Shown here: positions 43,440 through 53,136 of the stretch, piece after piece | Numbering within the stretch: the first letter of the stretch is position 1 | How the letters are laid out: every line of letters begins with the position of its first letter | DNA from: Acidobacteriota bacterium | Lineage (GTDB): Bacteria; Acidobacteriota; UBA4820; DSQY01 | Direction: 5' to 3' | DNA length: 64,000 nucleotides | NCBI GenBank assembly: GCA_037443845.1 | Contig: JBBINO010000003.1 | Span: 12,489-76,488 of the forward strand | Translations under genes and position numbers: made by a program | Notes under the pieces: generated by a model | What the model saw: only the letters and a program-made list of their open reading frames with translations | The model's database searches: none | Told to the model about the DNA's origin: nothing

Positions 43440-44267
43440 TCATTCCCCGAGCGCTCCAGGCATCTGGCCCTCCCCTGGTTTTCTTCCGATCGAGAAGTTG
43501 GCTAGATCCCAAGGGACTCTCTCAAACAGGAAGCCCCTCCAGGAGATTCCCTTCGGAAGCTTGGGAAACGGTTTGGGGCGGTCCATCGGCAGGTTTTTCC
43601 AGGAGAGAAGCTGTTCAGGCGTGAGGCGCTTCTGCGGAAGCGTCAGAACGACGCTAAGGCACGATTTCAAGCGCGCCTCGCGCATGAGCGCCCCGGTACC
43701 GGTCTTGTTGACGAAGAAGACCCCGATGTCGGCGTCGGCGCCGACGACGAGGACGTCCACGTCGGCGAGAAAAGAGGGGAGGGCTAGGTCCGTCGTGAGA
43801 GTAACCTCGTAGCCTTCGCCGAGAAGCTCCTTGGCCATCAGCGTCCCCTCGCAGGAGGGCCTCGCTTCTGACAGAACGACGGACTTGAGCCCGGCCGCGC
43901 GCGCCGAGGCGAGGCAGTCTCGCACCTGGCCGGAGCGCGAGTAGGTCGCGGCGGAGGTCCACTTGTACTGGTGCACGAGCGCCGAGAAGCGCGCCGCCAC
44001 GTCGAGCCTCGCCATCGTTACGCTCGTAAGAAAGCCGTCGAGCGCTTTTCTCGCCTCGCCTTTTCCGCCCGCCGCCCCTTTTAAGACCTCAGCCGCGAGC
44101 GCGTGGCGCAGAGCCATCGAGGGATGCTCGGCCACGAGCCCTTCAAGAAGCTCCCTGAGCCCGGCGGCGCCATGCCTGTTGATGTGCGCCTCGGCTTTTG
44201 CCGCCGCCTCATCGAGGAGGCCAATCGAGCCGCTCGTCCTGTCGGGCTCAACATTTGGAGCGGTCAT
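43440..44267 (-). CDS. eIF-2B alpha/beta/delta-like family protein (MtnA/ribose-1,5-bisphosphate-isomerase-like fold), function uncertain
   Basis: C-terminal VLVVGADADIGVFFVNKTGTGALM resembles the eIF2B/MtnA motif [20 protein letters not shown]. 275 aa. Overlaps the tricorn stop by 4 nt. Confidence 0.5.
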   Translation of the reverse strand: MTAPNVEPDRTSGSIGLLDEAAAKAEAHINRHGAAGLRELLEGLVAEHPSMALRHALAAEVLKGAAGGKGEARKALDGFLTSVTMARLDVAARFSALVHQYKWTSAATYSRSGQVRDCLASARAAGLKSVVLSEARPSCEGTLMAKELLGEGYEVTLTTDLALPSFLADVDVLVVGADADIGVFFVNKTGTGALMREARLKSCLSVVLTLPQKRLTPEQLLSWKNLPMDRPKPFPKLPKGISWRGFLFERVPWDLANFSIGRKPGEGQMPGALGE

Positions 44268-47200
44268 TGCTTCTGCGACCTGTCCGGATTCTTCGGCGGC
44301 TTTGGCGCCACGGGCGGATGTTCCTTTAGAAGCTTCATCGCTTCGGCGATTGCGCCGTCCAGCTGCGGATCGCCGCCGTTCTGCATGAGCGCCGGGTCGT
44401 CAACGATCCTGAGGTCCGGATCAACGCCGTGGCCTTCCACCGCCCATTTGCCCTCAGGCGTATAGAAGGAGAAGGTCGGGACGGTGACTATGCCGCCGTC
44501 AATGAACGATGGCGAGCCGCTCAGGCCGATCAAACCGCCCCACGTCCTCATTCCGACCAGCGGGCCGAGCTTCGCCTCCCTAAAGTAGTAGGGGAAACAG
44601 TCCCCTCCGGAGCCACTCCAGCCGTTGATGAGCATCACCTTCGGCCCGGCGTTGGCGTACTCAGGCCACTGCCAGTCCCTCCCGTCCCGCACGTGCCAGT
44701 AGTTGAGGATGGGCCGGTTGAGAAGCTCGATGAAGCGGTCAGGTATCTGCCCGCCGCTGTTGAACCGCTCGTCTATGACCAGCCCCTCCTTGTTGAACTG
44801 CCCCATGAACTGCCTGTAAAGCTCGTCCTGGCCGTAGGGCATCGTGTCTGGGACATAGATGTAGCCCAAGCGTCCGTTGGAAGCTTTGTCCACTTTGAGC
44901 CGGTTCGATTCTATCCATGCGAGGTTCCTCAGGCGGGCGTCCTGCTCCTCGCCCAGCGTCTTCACCAAAATCTTGCGCGCTCCCTGCATGGAAGGCTTGT
45001 CACTGACGGCCAACTCGGCGGTCTTGCTGGCCAGCCCCTCAAAGGCGCCCCACGGGTCGGACTTCGCATCCAGTGGCTGGCCGTTCACCGCTAAGAGGTA
45101 CGAGCCCTCTCTCACGATGGCGCCCGGCTCGTTTAAAGGCGAGCGGACGGCCACGTCCCACGGCGCCCCGGCATAAATCTTCGTGATTCTGAAGGCGCCG
45201 TTTTCAAGAGAGAAGTCGCAGCCCAAAAGTCCCGTCCGCCGCTCCGGCGGCCTGGGAGAATCCCCGCCGCCACGGTAGGTGTGGGAGGAGTTGATCTCGC
45301 CAATCAGCTCGCCAAGCACGTAGTTCACGTCCCACCTCGTAACGCACTGCTCAATCAAGGCACCGTAACGCTTTCGCATAAGGTTCCAGTCAACGCCGTG
45401 CATGTTGGGGTCGTAGAAGAAGTCGCGCTCGAAGCGCCAGGCGTCGTTGAATATCTGCTTCCATTCGGCTCGCGGGTCCACGGTCATTTCCAAGCCGGAG
45501 AGGTCCAGTTTCTTGTCCAGCTTCTGGCCGGAGGCCACGTCAACGATGAAGAAATCCCCCTTCTCGCCTACCAGCATCTTCTCGCCGTTGGCGCCCACGC
45601 TGAAGCCGCCGGCGTCGTCAACGACCGTCTTCTCCTCTCGCTCCTTGAGGTCATAGAAGACTATCGGAGACGGGGCGTCATCCGGTGAACCTGCCGGCGG
45701 TATCCGGCGATACAGGACTTTTCCGGAGACGGCGGCAAGATTGGCATAGCTCCCCGCCTTCGGGGGAAGCAGGACGGCGCGCGATTCGAAGCCTTCAATG
45801 TCAACCTCTACGGCGGCCGGCGCCTTGCTCGCCTCCGCGCCGTCTTTCTTGCCGCTCTCTTCTTTGCCGGCGGCTCCGTTCTTTTTCGCCTCCTCCGCGT
45901 CGTTTCTTGGGGCAAGCGGAGACTCTATGGAAGAATCGAGCGGCACCGCGGCTATTTGCAGCCCGTCATCGTAGATCCACGTCGGTTCAAGATCGCTGTA
46001 GGCCGGGTCGAAGGCCCGGTGCGTCAGGTAGAAGAGGTACTTGCCGTCGCGATCGAAGGCCGGGCAGGAGTCGTTGTAGAATCCGGCCGTCACCTGGCTT
46101 GTCGTCCCGGTCTTGGTGTCCCTGATGAAGACCGCGCCCATTCTGTTGCCCACTTCCCTGGCCCAGGCGACGTAGCGGCTGTCGGCCGACCACGTGAAAG
46201 TAAATCCTTCGAGGCTCTCGTGGCCGCTGTCCTGAACCTCGTGGTAGAGCCATAGCCCCTTGTCAATTTTCGTGACCGTTCCGGAAGCCACGTCACAGAG
46301 CTCGATGTTCATCGCCTGGTCCACGAAGGCGACGCCCTTGGAATCGGGAGACCAGAAAATGTTGTAGCGGTAGCCCGGGCCGAGCTTCGTCACCGTGCGT
46401 TCATCGCCCGAGCCGTCGGCCGGGCGCACGGTCAGCTCGTACTCGCCCGTTTTGTCGCTCCAGTAGGCGATCCATTTGCCGTCGGGAGACCAAGCGAGAA
46501 AGCGCTCCGCCACTCCCGAGGTCCTGGTCAGGTCCAGCGTCGGCCCGTGCTCGGCCGGGACGGTGAAGAGGTCGCCCCTCGCTTCCAGCACGACCCGCTT
46601 CCCCGATGGCGATATGTCCGCCCCTTTTACTTCGGTGGCCACCTTCTTGTTTTGCGGGCGAAGCGTGGCGGCGTCCGTTATTACCTCCGCCTTCACCGGG
46701 AGGACTTTCTCGCCGGGGATGCTCATAGTGTATAGCTGGCCGCCCGCCTCGAAGACCATGTCCTCAGGCCCGATTGACGGGAAGTGGACGTCGAACTCGG
46801 AAAAGTGGGTGACCTCCCGCCAATTCCCCGTCTTTGTCTCGTAGGCCCAGACGTTGTACCGCTCGTTGGCGCCGCGATCGCTCAAGACGTAGAGAGTCGA
46901 GCCGTGCCACATCGGCTGGCTGTAGCTGGCCTTGTCGTCGCCCACCTGGACCGCGCTCTTCTTGCCGAGGTCAAACAGCCATATGCGTGAAACGTCACCG
47001 CCCCTGTAGCGTTTCCAAGTCCTCAAATCCTCGCTGTTGGGACAGTAGGCGAGCATCGAACCGTCCTCGGAGACCGCTCCGAACTCTCCATACGGAACCG
47101 GAAGTTTTTCTGGAAGGCCGCCTTCGGCCGGAACCTTGTAGAGCTGGGAGTAGCGGTTCACCGGAGATTCCATGGTGCTCGCTACCAAGAGATACTTGCC

Positions 47201-47557
47201 ATCCGGGAACCAGCCGGCCACTCTGTCAAAAGCGGGGTTGTGCGTAATCCTGCGAATCTGCCCGCCCTCCGAGGGGATCACGTAGACGTCCTCGTTGCCG
47301 TCGTAATCGCCGGTGAAGGCAATGAATTTCCCGTCGGGCGAGAACTTCGGGAACATCTCAGGCCCTGGCCCTGTAGTCAGCCTCGACGCAAGCCCGCCCA
47401 ATTTCGGCATGACCCAGATATTGCCTGCGTAGCAGAAGGCTATCTGGCTTTGAGAGACGGCCGGCTCGCGCACCAGAAGCGCGTCGAGCTGGGCGGCGGC
47501 GAGCATCGAGAAAGCTAAAAAAATAACGGCAATCAACGCTATCCGGAACTGGCGCAT
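44264..47557 (-). CDS. Tricorn-protease homolog (TolB-like beta-propellers, PDZ and S41 C-terminal-processing peptidase domain)
   Basis: Signal peptide. Repeated WSPDGK-type propeller blades (FSPDGKFIAF, WSPDGKWIAY, WSPDSKGVAF). PDZ region. C-terminal S41 catalytic block GWSGSGGDCFPYYFRE (Ser nucleophile). 1,097 aa. Confidence 0.8.
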   Translation of the reverse strand: MRQFRIALIAVIFLAFSMLAAAQLDALLVREPAVSQSQIAFCYAGNIWVMPKLGGLASRLTTGPGPEMFPKFSPDGKFIAFTGDYDGNEDVYVIPSEGGQIRRITHNPAFDRVAGWFPDGKYLLVASTMESPVNRYSQLYKVPAEGGLPEKLPVPYGEFGAVSEDGSMLAYCPNSEDLRTWKRYRGGDVSRIWLFDLGKKSAVQVGDDKASYSQPMWHGSTLYVLSDRGANERYNVWAYETKTGNWREVTHFSEFDVHFPSIGPEDMVFEAGGQLYTMSIPGEKVLPVKAEVITDAATLRPQNKKVATEVKGADISPSGKRVVLEARGDLFTVPAEHGPTLDLTRTSGVAERFLAWSPDGKWIAYWSDKTGEYELTVRPADGSGDERTVTKLGPGYRYNIFWSPDSKGVAFVDQAMNIELCDVASGTVTKIDKGLWLYHEVQDSGHESLEGFTFTWSADSRYVAWAREVGNRMGAVFIRDTKTGTTSQVTAGFYNDSCPAFDRDGKYLFYLTHRAFDPAYSDLEPTWIYDDGLQIAAVPLDSSIESPLAPRNDAEEAKKNGAAGKEESGKKDGAEASKAPAAVEVDIEGFESRAVLLPPKAGSYANLAAVSGKVLYRRIPPAGSPDDAPSPIVFYDLKEREEKTVVDDAGGFSVGANGEKMLVGEKGDFFIVDVASGQKLDKKLDLSGLEMTVDPRAEWKQIFNDAWRFERDFFYDPNMHGVDWNLMRKRYGALIEQCVTRWDVNYVLGELIGEINSSHTYRGGGDSPRPPERRTGLLGCDFSLENGAFRITKIYAGAPWDVAVRSPLNEPGAIVREGSYLLAVNGQPLDAKSDPWGAFEGLASKTAELAVSDKPSMQGARKILVKTLGEEQDARLRNLAWIESNRLKVDKASNGRLGYIYVPDTMPYGQDELYRQFMGQFNKEGLVIDERFNSGGQIPDRFIELLNRPILNYWHVRDGRDWQWPEYANAGPKVMLINGWSGSGGDCFPYYFREAKLGPLVGMRTWGGLIGLSGSPSFIDGGIVTVPTFSFYTPEGKWAVEGHGVDPDLRIVDDPALMQNGGDPQLDGAIAEAMKLLKEHPPVAPKPPKNPDRSQKQ

Positions 47558-47607
47558 GGGGCCTCCTTCACAAGGGCAGATTCTACCACCAGCGGCCCAA
47601 AGGGGCC

Positions 47608-47931
47608 ATGAAATCTGTTACGATGTGCTTTTATGGAGGGGCCGCGGCGTTGACGAAAGCAAAGGTTCTCTCCGCGATCATATGCGTGGCCTACCTGGCG
47701 GCCGCCCTTTCCGGCGGCGCGGCGCTCTTTCTTCAGGCGCTGATCTATCTGGTCTTCCCGATGGCCTGCATCTGGTTCGGCGGCGAGATAGGATCATACA
47801 CGGGAATTCTCTCAAGGGGCCCGGCGATCACCCAATCAACACCGGGGTGCGTGGTGCGGGCCGCCGGGTGGGTCATGCTCCTCCTCCCGTTGATTCTCAT
47901 CGCCATCTGGGTGTTTCCAAAGCATCGGTAA
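47608..47931 (+). CDS. Small hypothetical membrane protein
   Basis: Three predicted TM helices, RBS AAAGGGG 4 nt upstream, divergent from the tricorn gene. 107 aa. No motifs recognised. Confidence 0.4.
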   Translation: MKSVTMCFYGGAAALTKAKVLSAIICVAYLAAALSGGAALFLQALIYLVFPMACIWFGGEIGSYTGILSRGPAITQSTPGCVVRAAGWVMLLLPLILIAIWVFPKHR

Positions 47932-47962
47932 CGAAGCTCCCCGGCGCGGAGGAGGGCGTGGC

Positions 47963-49900
47963 TCAGGTGATCTTGCTGCCCGGGGGGACCTCTTCCAGGA
48001 ATTGAAGAAGGACCGGCTCGCCACCGAGGTTCCCCGCCATGATCATGCCGTTCGATTCCACCCCCATGAGCCGGGCGGGAAGAAGGTTGAAAACGAACGG
48101 GCAGGTCTTGCCGACGAGGAACTCCGGCGCGTATTTCTTGCCGATGCCGGCGACGATCTGGCGCCGCTCCTCGCCGAAATCCACGATGAGGCGGACGAGC
48201 TTGTTGCTCTTGGGCACTCGCTCGGCTTCCAGTATCTTGCCGGCGCGAAGTTCGGCCCGGCGGAATTCGTCAATCGAAAGGCGCTCCGGCTCCGCGACGG
48301 GCGCGGGCGCCGGAACTGAGGATGTCTCTGGTTTCTTTTCTTCGTCCATTCGTCCCTCTATTTTTATTGCGTCTTTGTGGCCCGGTGGCTCGCTCTTCAC
48401 CTTCGCGAAGTACTCCGCCTTGTCCACCCGCGGGAAAAGGCCGGCCAGCTTGCGCGAAGGCTCCCGCTGGGGCTCGTCCCAGTTGAACGCGTCAAACCGT
48501 GCCGGCGCAAAGCCGAGAGATGCGGCTATCGCCCTCGACGCCTCGGGCATCGCGGGCTCGATGCATAGCGCGCAGAGCCTCAAGGAACGCGCGGCCTCCG
48601 AAAGCGTGGCCTTCGCCTCTTCGCTGCCGCTCTTTTTCCAGGGCTCGCGCTCCACCAGGAACTTGTTCAGGTCCGACAGCAAGCCCCACACGGCAACGAG
48701 GGCGTCGCGAGGCGAGAGGGCCTTCACCGCCGCGTGGTACTGTTCAAGCATCGAGAGCGAGCGCGGCTTCATCGAGCCGTCGCCCTGGGAAACCTCGCCG
48801 GAAGCCTGCTTTTCAATCAGGTTTGAAAGGCGCGAGGCCAGGTTGCCGAGGTCGTTGGCGAGGTCAGCGTTGAGCCTGTCGAGAAAAGCCTCGTCGCTGA
48901 AGGAGCCGTCGGTCCCGATAGGCTTGTCGCGAAGAAGGAAGTAGCGCACGGGACCAGGGCCAAACTCATCGATGTAGGGCCTGGGGTCCACCACGTTTCC
49001 GAGCGACTTGCTCATCTTGTTGGAATCTTTCATCCACCAGCCGTGGCCGTAAACGTGCTTCGGCAACGGAAGGCCGGCGCTCATCAGAAAGGCCGGCCAG
49101 TAAACCGCATGAAAGCGCAGGATGTCCTTCCCGATCAGGTGGACGTCGGCTGGCCAGAAGTCATCGTACTTCTCGGTCCTGCCCGACCCGTAGCCCAGCG
49201 CGCTGATGTAGTTGGAGAGCGCGTCGAGCCAGACGTAGAGGACGTGCTTCTCGTCGCCTGGAAACGGGATGCCCCATTTGATCGAGGTTCTCGAAACGGA
49301 GAGGTCTTTGAGCCCGCCCTCCACGAAGGAGCGCACCTCGTTCATCCGGCTCTGCGGAAGCACGAATTCCGGGTTCGCATCATAGAAATCGAGGAGGGGC
49401 TTCTGGTACTTGGAGAGGCGGAAGAAGTAGGATTCCTCTTCCAGTTCCGTCATCGGGTGGCCGAAATCGGGGCACTTGCCGTCAACCACCTGGTTTTCGG
49501 GGAAGAACGCTTCGCACGACACGCAATAGGGGCCGCGGTACGACGCCTTGTAGATGTCCCCCGCCTCCTGGAGGCGCTTCAAGACGGCGATAACGCCCTT
49601 TTCGTGCCTGGCCTCGGTCGTCCTGATGAAGTCGTCGTGGGTGATGCCGAGCTTCCGCCAGAGGTCGTGGTAGCGCTCGACCACCCTGTCGGCCAGCGCG
49701 AGGGGCGTGATGCCTTCGGCCGCGGCCGACTTCTCGACCTTCTGCCCGTGCTCGTCCGTGCCCGTCAGGAAGTACGTTTCGTCGCCCATGAGTCGGTGGT
49801 AGCGCGCGAAGAAGTCGGCGCAGATCGTGCAGTACGCGTGGCCGATGTGCGGGTAGTCGTTGACGTAATATATAGGCGTCGTTATGTAGAAGCGGCCCAT
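47963..49900 (-). CDS. metG: Methionine--tRNA ligase
   Basis: Class I HIGH (HIGH at YPHIGHAY) and KMSKS motifs. Zn knuckle CVSCEAFF ... CPDC-like. C-terminal tRNA-binding domain. Start set at ATG 49900 (MGRFYITTP; RBS GAAGGAA). ORF-track start 50263 adds an implausible 121-aa extension overlapping the upstream gene. Confidence 0.9.
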   Translation of the reverse strand: MGRFYITTPIYYVNDYPHIGHAYCTICADFFARYHRLMGDETYFLTGTDEHGQKVEKSAAAEGITPLALADRVVERYHDLWRKLGITHDDFIRTTEARHEKGVIAVLKRLQEAGDIYKASYRGPYCVSCEAFFPENQVVDGKCPDFGHPMTELEEESYFFRLSKYQKPLLDFYDANPEFVLPQSRMNEVRSFVEGGLKDLSVSRTSIKWGIPFPGDEKHVLYVWLDALSNYISALGYGSGRTEKYDDFWPADVHLIGKDILRFHAVYWPAFLMSAGLPLPKHVYGHGWWMKDSNKMSKSLGNVVDPRPYIDEFGPGPVRYFLLRDKPIGTDGSFSDEAFLDRLNADLANDLGNLASRLSNLIEKQASGEVSQGDGSMKPRSLSMLEQYHAAVKALSPRDALVAVWGLLSDLNKFLVEREPWKKSGSEEAKATLSEAARSLRLCALCIEPAMPEASRAIAASLGFAPARFDAFNWDEPQREPSRKLAGLFPRVDKAEYFAKVKSEPPGHKDAIKIEGRMDEEKKPETSSVPAPAPVAEPERLSIDEFRRAELRAGKILEAERVPKSNKLVRLIVDFGEERRQIVAGIGKKYAPEFLVGKTCPFVFNLLPARLMGVESNGMIMAGNLGGEPVLLQFLEEVPPGSKIT

Positions 49901-49911
49901 GTGGTTCCTTC

Positions 49912-50274
49912 TTAATGATGCGCGGGCGCCGGGGCCGCCTTGGCCGAAACGCCGTCCGAGTTGGCCACGGCCTCGGCCGTTTCCTGTTCGTTGCGCCGTG
50001 AGTACTCCCTGGAAGCGTAATAAACCGACAGTAGGTAAACAACCGAGCCAACAATCCGCCACGGAGATCCCACCGGCATCTCGCTCAGATTGATGACGGC
50101 CCAAACCAGCCCGAAGGCTCCAAGCGCAAAGCCCAGCCCCATTCCAACCTTGTCCGCGACGAACGCCTCTTTGAGGTATATTGACCTGGTGCAGGGCTCG
50201 AACGCCTGGCATGACGCGCATTCCCGGAACTTGACGGCGTCCACCTTTTTCAACCCAAAACACTCTTTTGCCAT
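49912..50274 (-). CDS. Hypothetical small membrane protein with an N-terminal Cys cluster
   Basis: Strong RBS GGAGG 7 nt upstream. CxxC ... C pattern (C5, C19, C22, C28) followed by two TM helices. 120 aa. Stop is 12 nt before the metG start. Confidence 0.5.
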   Translation of the reverse strand: MAKECFGLKKVDAVKFRECASCQAFEPCTRSIYLKEAFVADKVGMGLGFALGAFGLVWAVINLSEMPVGSPWRIVGSVVYLLSVYYASREYSRRNEQETAEAVANSDGVSAKAAPAPAHH

Positions 50275-50302
50275 ATCCGCACCTCCAAGGCGCTGAATTA
50301 TA

Positions 50303-51745
50303 TCACTTGCTCTTCGGGGTTACTTCCGCAATCCAATCGCCGATCACCTTCAAAGCCGACGGCGAGAAGGTCTCCTCGATTTTGCCATACTCCGCGGGCA
50401 GCCCGGTCGCCGCCGTCTGGAACAGGTGGTTCAGCCCTGGAAGAATTTTTATGGTCACGGCTTTGTTTTCCCCGGACTGGAGCGCGCTCCGGATCGCAAA
50501 GAGGTTCTCGACGGGAGGAACCTGGAGATCCTTGCTCCCAGCTATGGCCAGCACCGGGCACTTCACCTTGGATAACGCCGGCGCCGGATCGTAGTTCAGA
50601 AAATCGTGAAGCCAGGGGGAAGCCGCCTTTTTCACTTGGCGCTCGACCAATGCCTGAGGGGCGTCCTTCGGCAGTGAAGCCTTGAAAATTTCCCGTATCT
50701 TGCTTCTCGCCGTTTCAACGTCGGCTTCCTGCTTGGCCACCGCGATGATCTTCTCCTCCATCGCGAAGCCTTCCTTCATCCTTGCCTCATCCACGCCGGA
50801 AGTCCTGTTGATGAGCTTCCACTGAGAGAGAATTATCTGGTCTCCTGGCAAACCCGGAGCGGCCAGCAGGACAATGAAGGCCACCTCCTTCGAGGACGCG
50901 GCGACCCTTGGGGCGACCAGCCCGCCCTCGCTGTGGCCGATTATTCCTATTGCCCTGGGGTTTACCTCCTTGCGCGACTTCAGAAATTCAACTCCCGCAA
51001 GCGCGTCATCGGCAAAGTCGGAATCCAGTGCCTTTGAATAATCGCCGGTGGATTTCCCGATTCCGCGCTTGTCCGCCCGCAAGACGACGATTCCCTGCTT
51101 CGTCAGGTCGTCGGCGAGGACCAAGAATGGCTTGTGGCTGAAAATTGCTTCGTCACGGTCCATCGGCCCCGATCCGGCGACCAGCAGGATGGCGGGAAAT
51201 GGCCCTTCCCCTTTGGGAATGGAGAGCGTCCCGGCCAGCGTCACTTTTGCCCTCGGGTTTTCGTAGGCCACCTCTTCGGTCAGGTAGGGAAACGGCGGCT
51301 TCGGCTCCTGCGGCCTGTTGAGGCCAGGGAGATTCTCGGCCCTCTTGAGCGTAAGCGGCAGAGTCAGTTCTCCTTGGGCCCAATGGCCTATTATGCTCCC
51401 GTCGGATTCGAGGCTCCCGAAGAAGCTGGCTTGGATGTCCTTGGCGTCAAGCCGTATCGTGTTTCTCTTCTCGTCAATGACGGCACTGTCGAAGGAGAGG
51501 CCCTCTGCGCCCTGGTCGGGGCTGTCGAAGGTCGCGCTCGCGGAGCCGTCCGGGTTCGCCGAGATATGAAAAACCAGCACCAGCTTCTCGCCCTGGACCG
51601 AAAGCGTCCCCGCCCAAGCCCCTTCAAAAGGATTCTGCCGTTTGGGCGCCGCCGGCTGCTGAGCAAATGCCCCGCAAACGGCCAGCATGATTATAAAGAG
51701 CGTCACAAGTCCCCGCGCGACGACGGCGAGGGAGCCGAAGCGCAT
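50303..51745 (-). CDS. Secreted alpha/beta-hydrolase-fold protein
   Basis: GHSEGG nucleophile elbow, signal peptide MRFGSLAVVARGLVTLFIIMLAVCGAFAQQ. Start taken at the signal-peptide Met; the longest ORF starts at 51817. Confidence 0.65.
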   Translation of the reverse strand: MRFGSLAVVARGLVTLFIIMLAVCGAFAQQPAAPKRQNPFEGAWAGTLSVQGEKLVLVFHISANPDGSASATFDSPDQGAEGLSFDSAVIDEKRNTIRLDAKDIQASFFGSLESDGSIIGHWAQGELTLPLTLKRAENLPGLNRPQEPKPPFPYLTEEVAYENPRAKVTLAGTLSIPKGEGPFPAILLVAGSGPMDRDEAIFSHKPFLVLADDLTKQGIVVLRADKRGIGKSTGDYSKALDSDFADDALAGVEFLKSRKEVNPRAIGIIGHSEGGLVAPRVAASSKEVAFIVLLAAPGLPGDQIILSQWKLINRTSGVDEARMKEGFAMEEKIIAVAKQEADVETARSKIREIFKASLPKDAPQALVERQVKKAASPWLHDFLNYDPAPALSKVKCPVLAIAGSKDLQVPPVENLFAIRSALQSGENKAVTIKILPGLNHLFQTAATGLPAEYGKIEETFSPSALKVIGDWIAEVTPKSK

Positions 51746-51858
51746 GACGCCCCGTATTCGCGGGGAAGACCCCACCCGCATACAGCGCGCCAAACTCGCG
51801 AATGTTCCGCCTTTCATTCTCCGCCTCCCTGAAAGCGGCGCAAAGCCGCCGTATTTTG

Positions 51859-52575
51859 TTATTTTACCACGTCAACGATTTGGCAAATGACGGAGGCGGA
51901 TTGTGAAGGAGCCGCCTGCAGGACGAGGTGAGGGCCGGGAATAGCAAAAGAGCGAATGTCCGGCCGCGCCCTTTCGATTTCCCGCGAGGCGCTTCGCGGC
52001 ACGACCTTGTCGCTGGCCCCTCTTAGAAGAAAAAGCGGAGCTTTGACCGACTTGAGTTCCTCTTCCACGTCAACCGACAAAATGGCCTTTGCCCTTGCGG
52101 CCATGACCGCCGGGGTGACCTTCGAGTGGGCCTTGCTTACAAGGCCCGTCACGCCGTTTGATCCGTAGCCAGCGAGAACCGACTTCGCCACCACGAACGG
52201 TTTCGAGAGCCGGAAAATGGGCGGCTTCGCCAGCGCCGCCGCGCATCTTGGAAGCCACCGGACCGGATTCCTGATGAAAGTCGCCACCAGGATCAGAGCC
52301 TTGAGGTTGGGCGGGTTGGACGACGCCGCCATGATGGCCAGCGGCCCAGAGAAGGATTCGCCCAGAAGAATGTAGGGGGCTTCGCGCGGCAGCGCGGCTG
52401 CCACGGTTGGCAGGAGCTCTTCGTATGAAAGCGGGGAAGCGGAAGGGTAGGCGGTTACTTCGGTTTTAATGCGGCCGCCCAGCGCTTCGATCAGCGGGCC
52501 GAACAGGAGGCCCGTTCCGTCCATTCCTGGCAAGAGCACGAGAGTCGGCGTGTCCACCCGCCCGCCTTGCGCCAC
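51859..52575 (-). CDS. Alpha/beta hydrolase
   Basis: LVLLPGMDGTG ... GESFSGPLAI (GxSxG nucleophile elbow). 238 aa. Confidence 0.7.
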   Translation of the reverse strand: MAQGGRVDTPTLVLLPGMDGTGLLFGPLIEALGGRIKTEVTAYPSASPLSYEELLPTVAAALPREAPYILLGESFSGPLAIMAASSNPPNLKALILVATFIRNPVRWLPRCAAALAKPPIFRLSKPFVVAKSVLAGYGSNGVTGLVSKAHSKVTPAVMAARAKAILSVDVEEELKSVKAPLFLLRGASDKVVPRSASREIERARPDIRSFAIPGPHLVLQAAPSQSASVICQIVDVVK

Positions 52576-53136
52576 TTACAGCCCGCGGTCGAGAAGCTCG
52601 CGGTAGAACTGCTGGAACAGCGCGTGGAATTCGCCCGAGTCCTCCGGGATGTTCCTCTTTATCGAGCGGACTTTCTGCCTGGCTTTCTCTTCCCGAAGGG
52701 CGTCCCGGCGCATCTCATCCTCGATCGCCCTCAGAACCGAAGCCCGAAGATCCTGCTCGGGGACGAAATACTCGACATCCGAATCGCGCAAAAAAAGGCC
52801 CGTGATTTTTCCGGCAAGGTCCTGCGCCTTGTCTCTCGGAAGTTTTCCGGGGCCGGTGCCCGCGACGTACCCGCGCTTCGCCGCAAGTTGAGCCTTGACG
52901 CGCGTGACCAGAAGGCCGTATTCCATTTCGCCTTCGGCCATCTCCTTCTGGTGTTCAACGAGCGCCAGACGGGCCTCTTCGGTCAACTGGTCCTCTATCT
53001 TGAGGTCATCGGTTATCAGCCTGGCGATCTTCTCCTCCGTGCCCCTCGGATGGTCCGAGGCTATGACACGCCGTTCCTGGAGCTGGCGCATGAGCGCCCT
53101 AGCGACCAAATCAATCAGGGGAGGAGGCAGCCTCAT
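52576..53136 (-). CDS. DUF507-family protein (unknown function)
   Basis: Charged helical 186-aa protein; the pattern matches what I recall of DUF507. Translationally coupled to the upstream TPR gene (4-nt overlap). Confidence 0.45.
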   Translation of the reverse strand: MRLPPPLIDLVARALMRQLQERRVIASDHPRGTEEKIARLITDDLKIEDQLTEEARLALVEHQKEMAEGEMEYGLLVTRVKAQLAAKRGYVAGTGPGKLPRDKAQDLAGKITGLFLRDSDVEYFVPEQDLRASVLRAIEDEMRRDALREEKARQKVRSIKRNIPEDSGEFHALFQQFYRELLDRGL

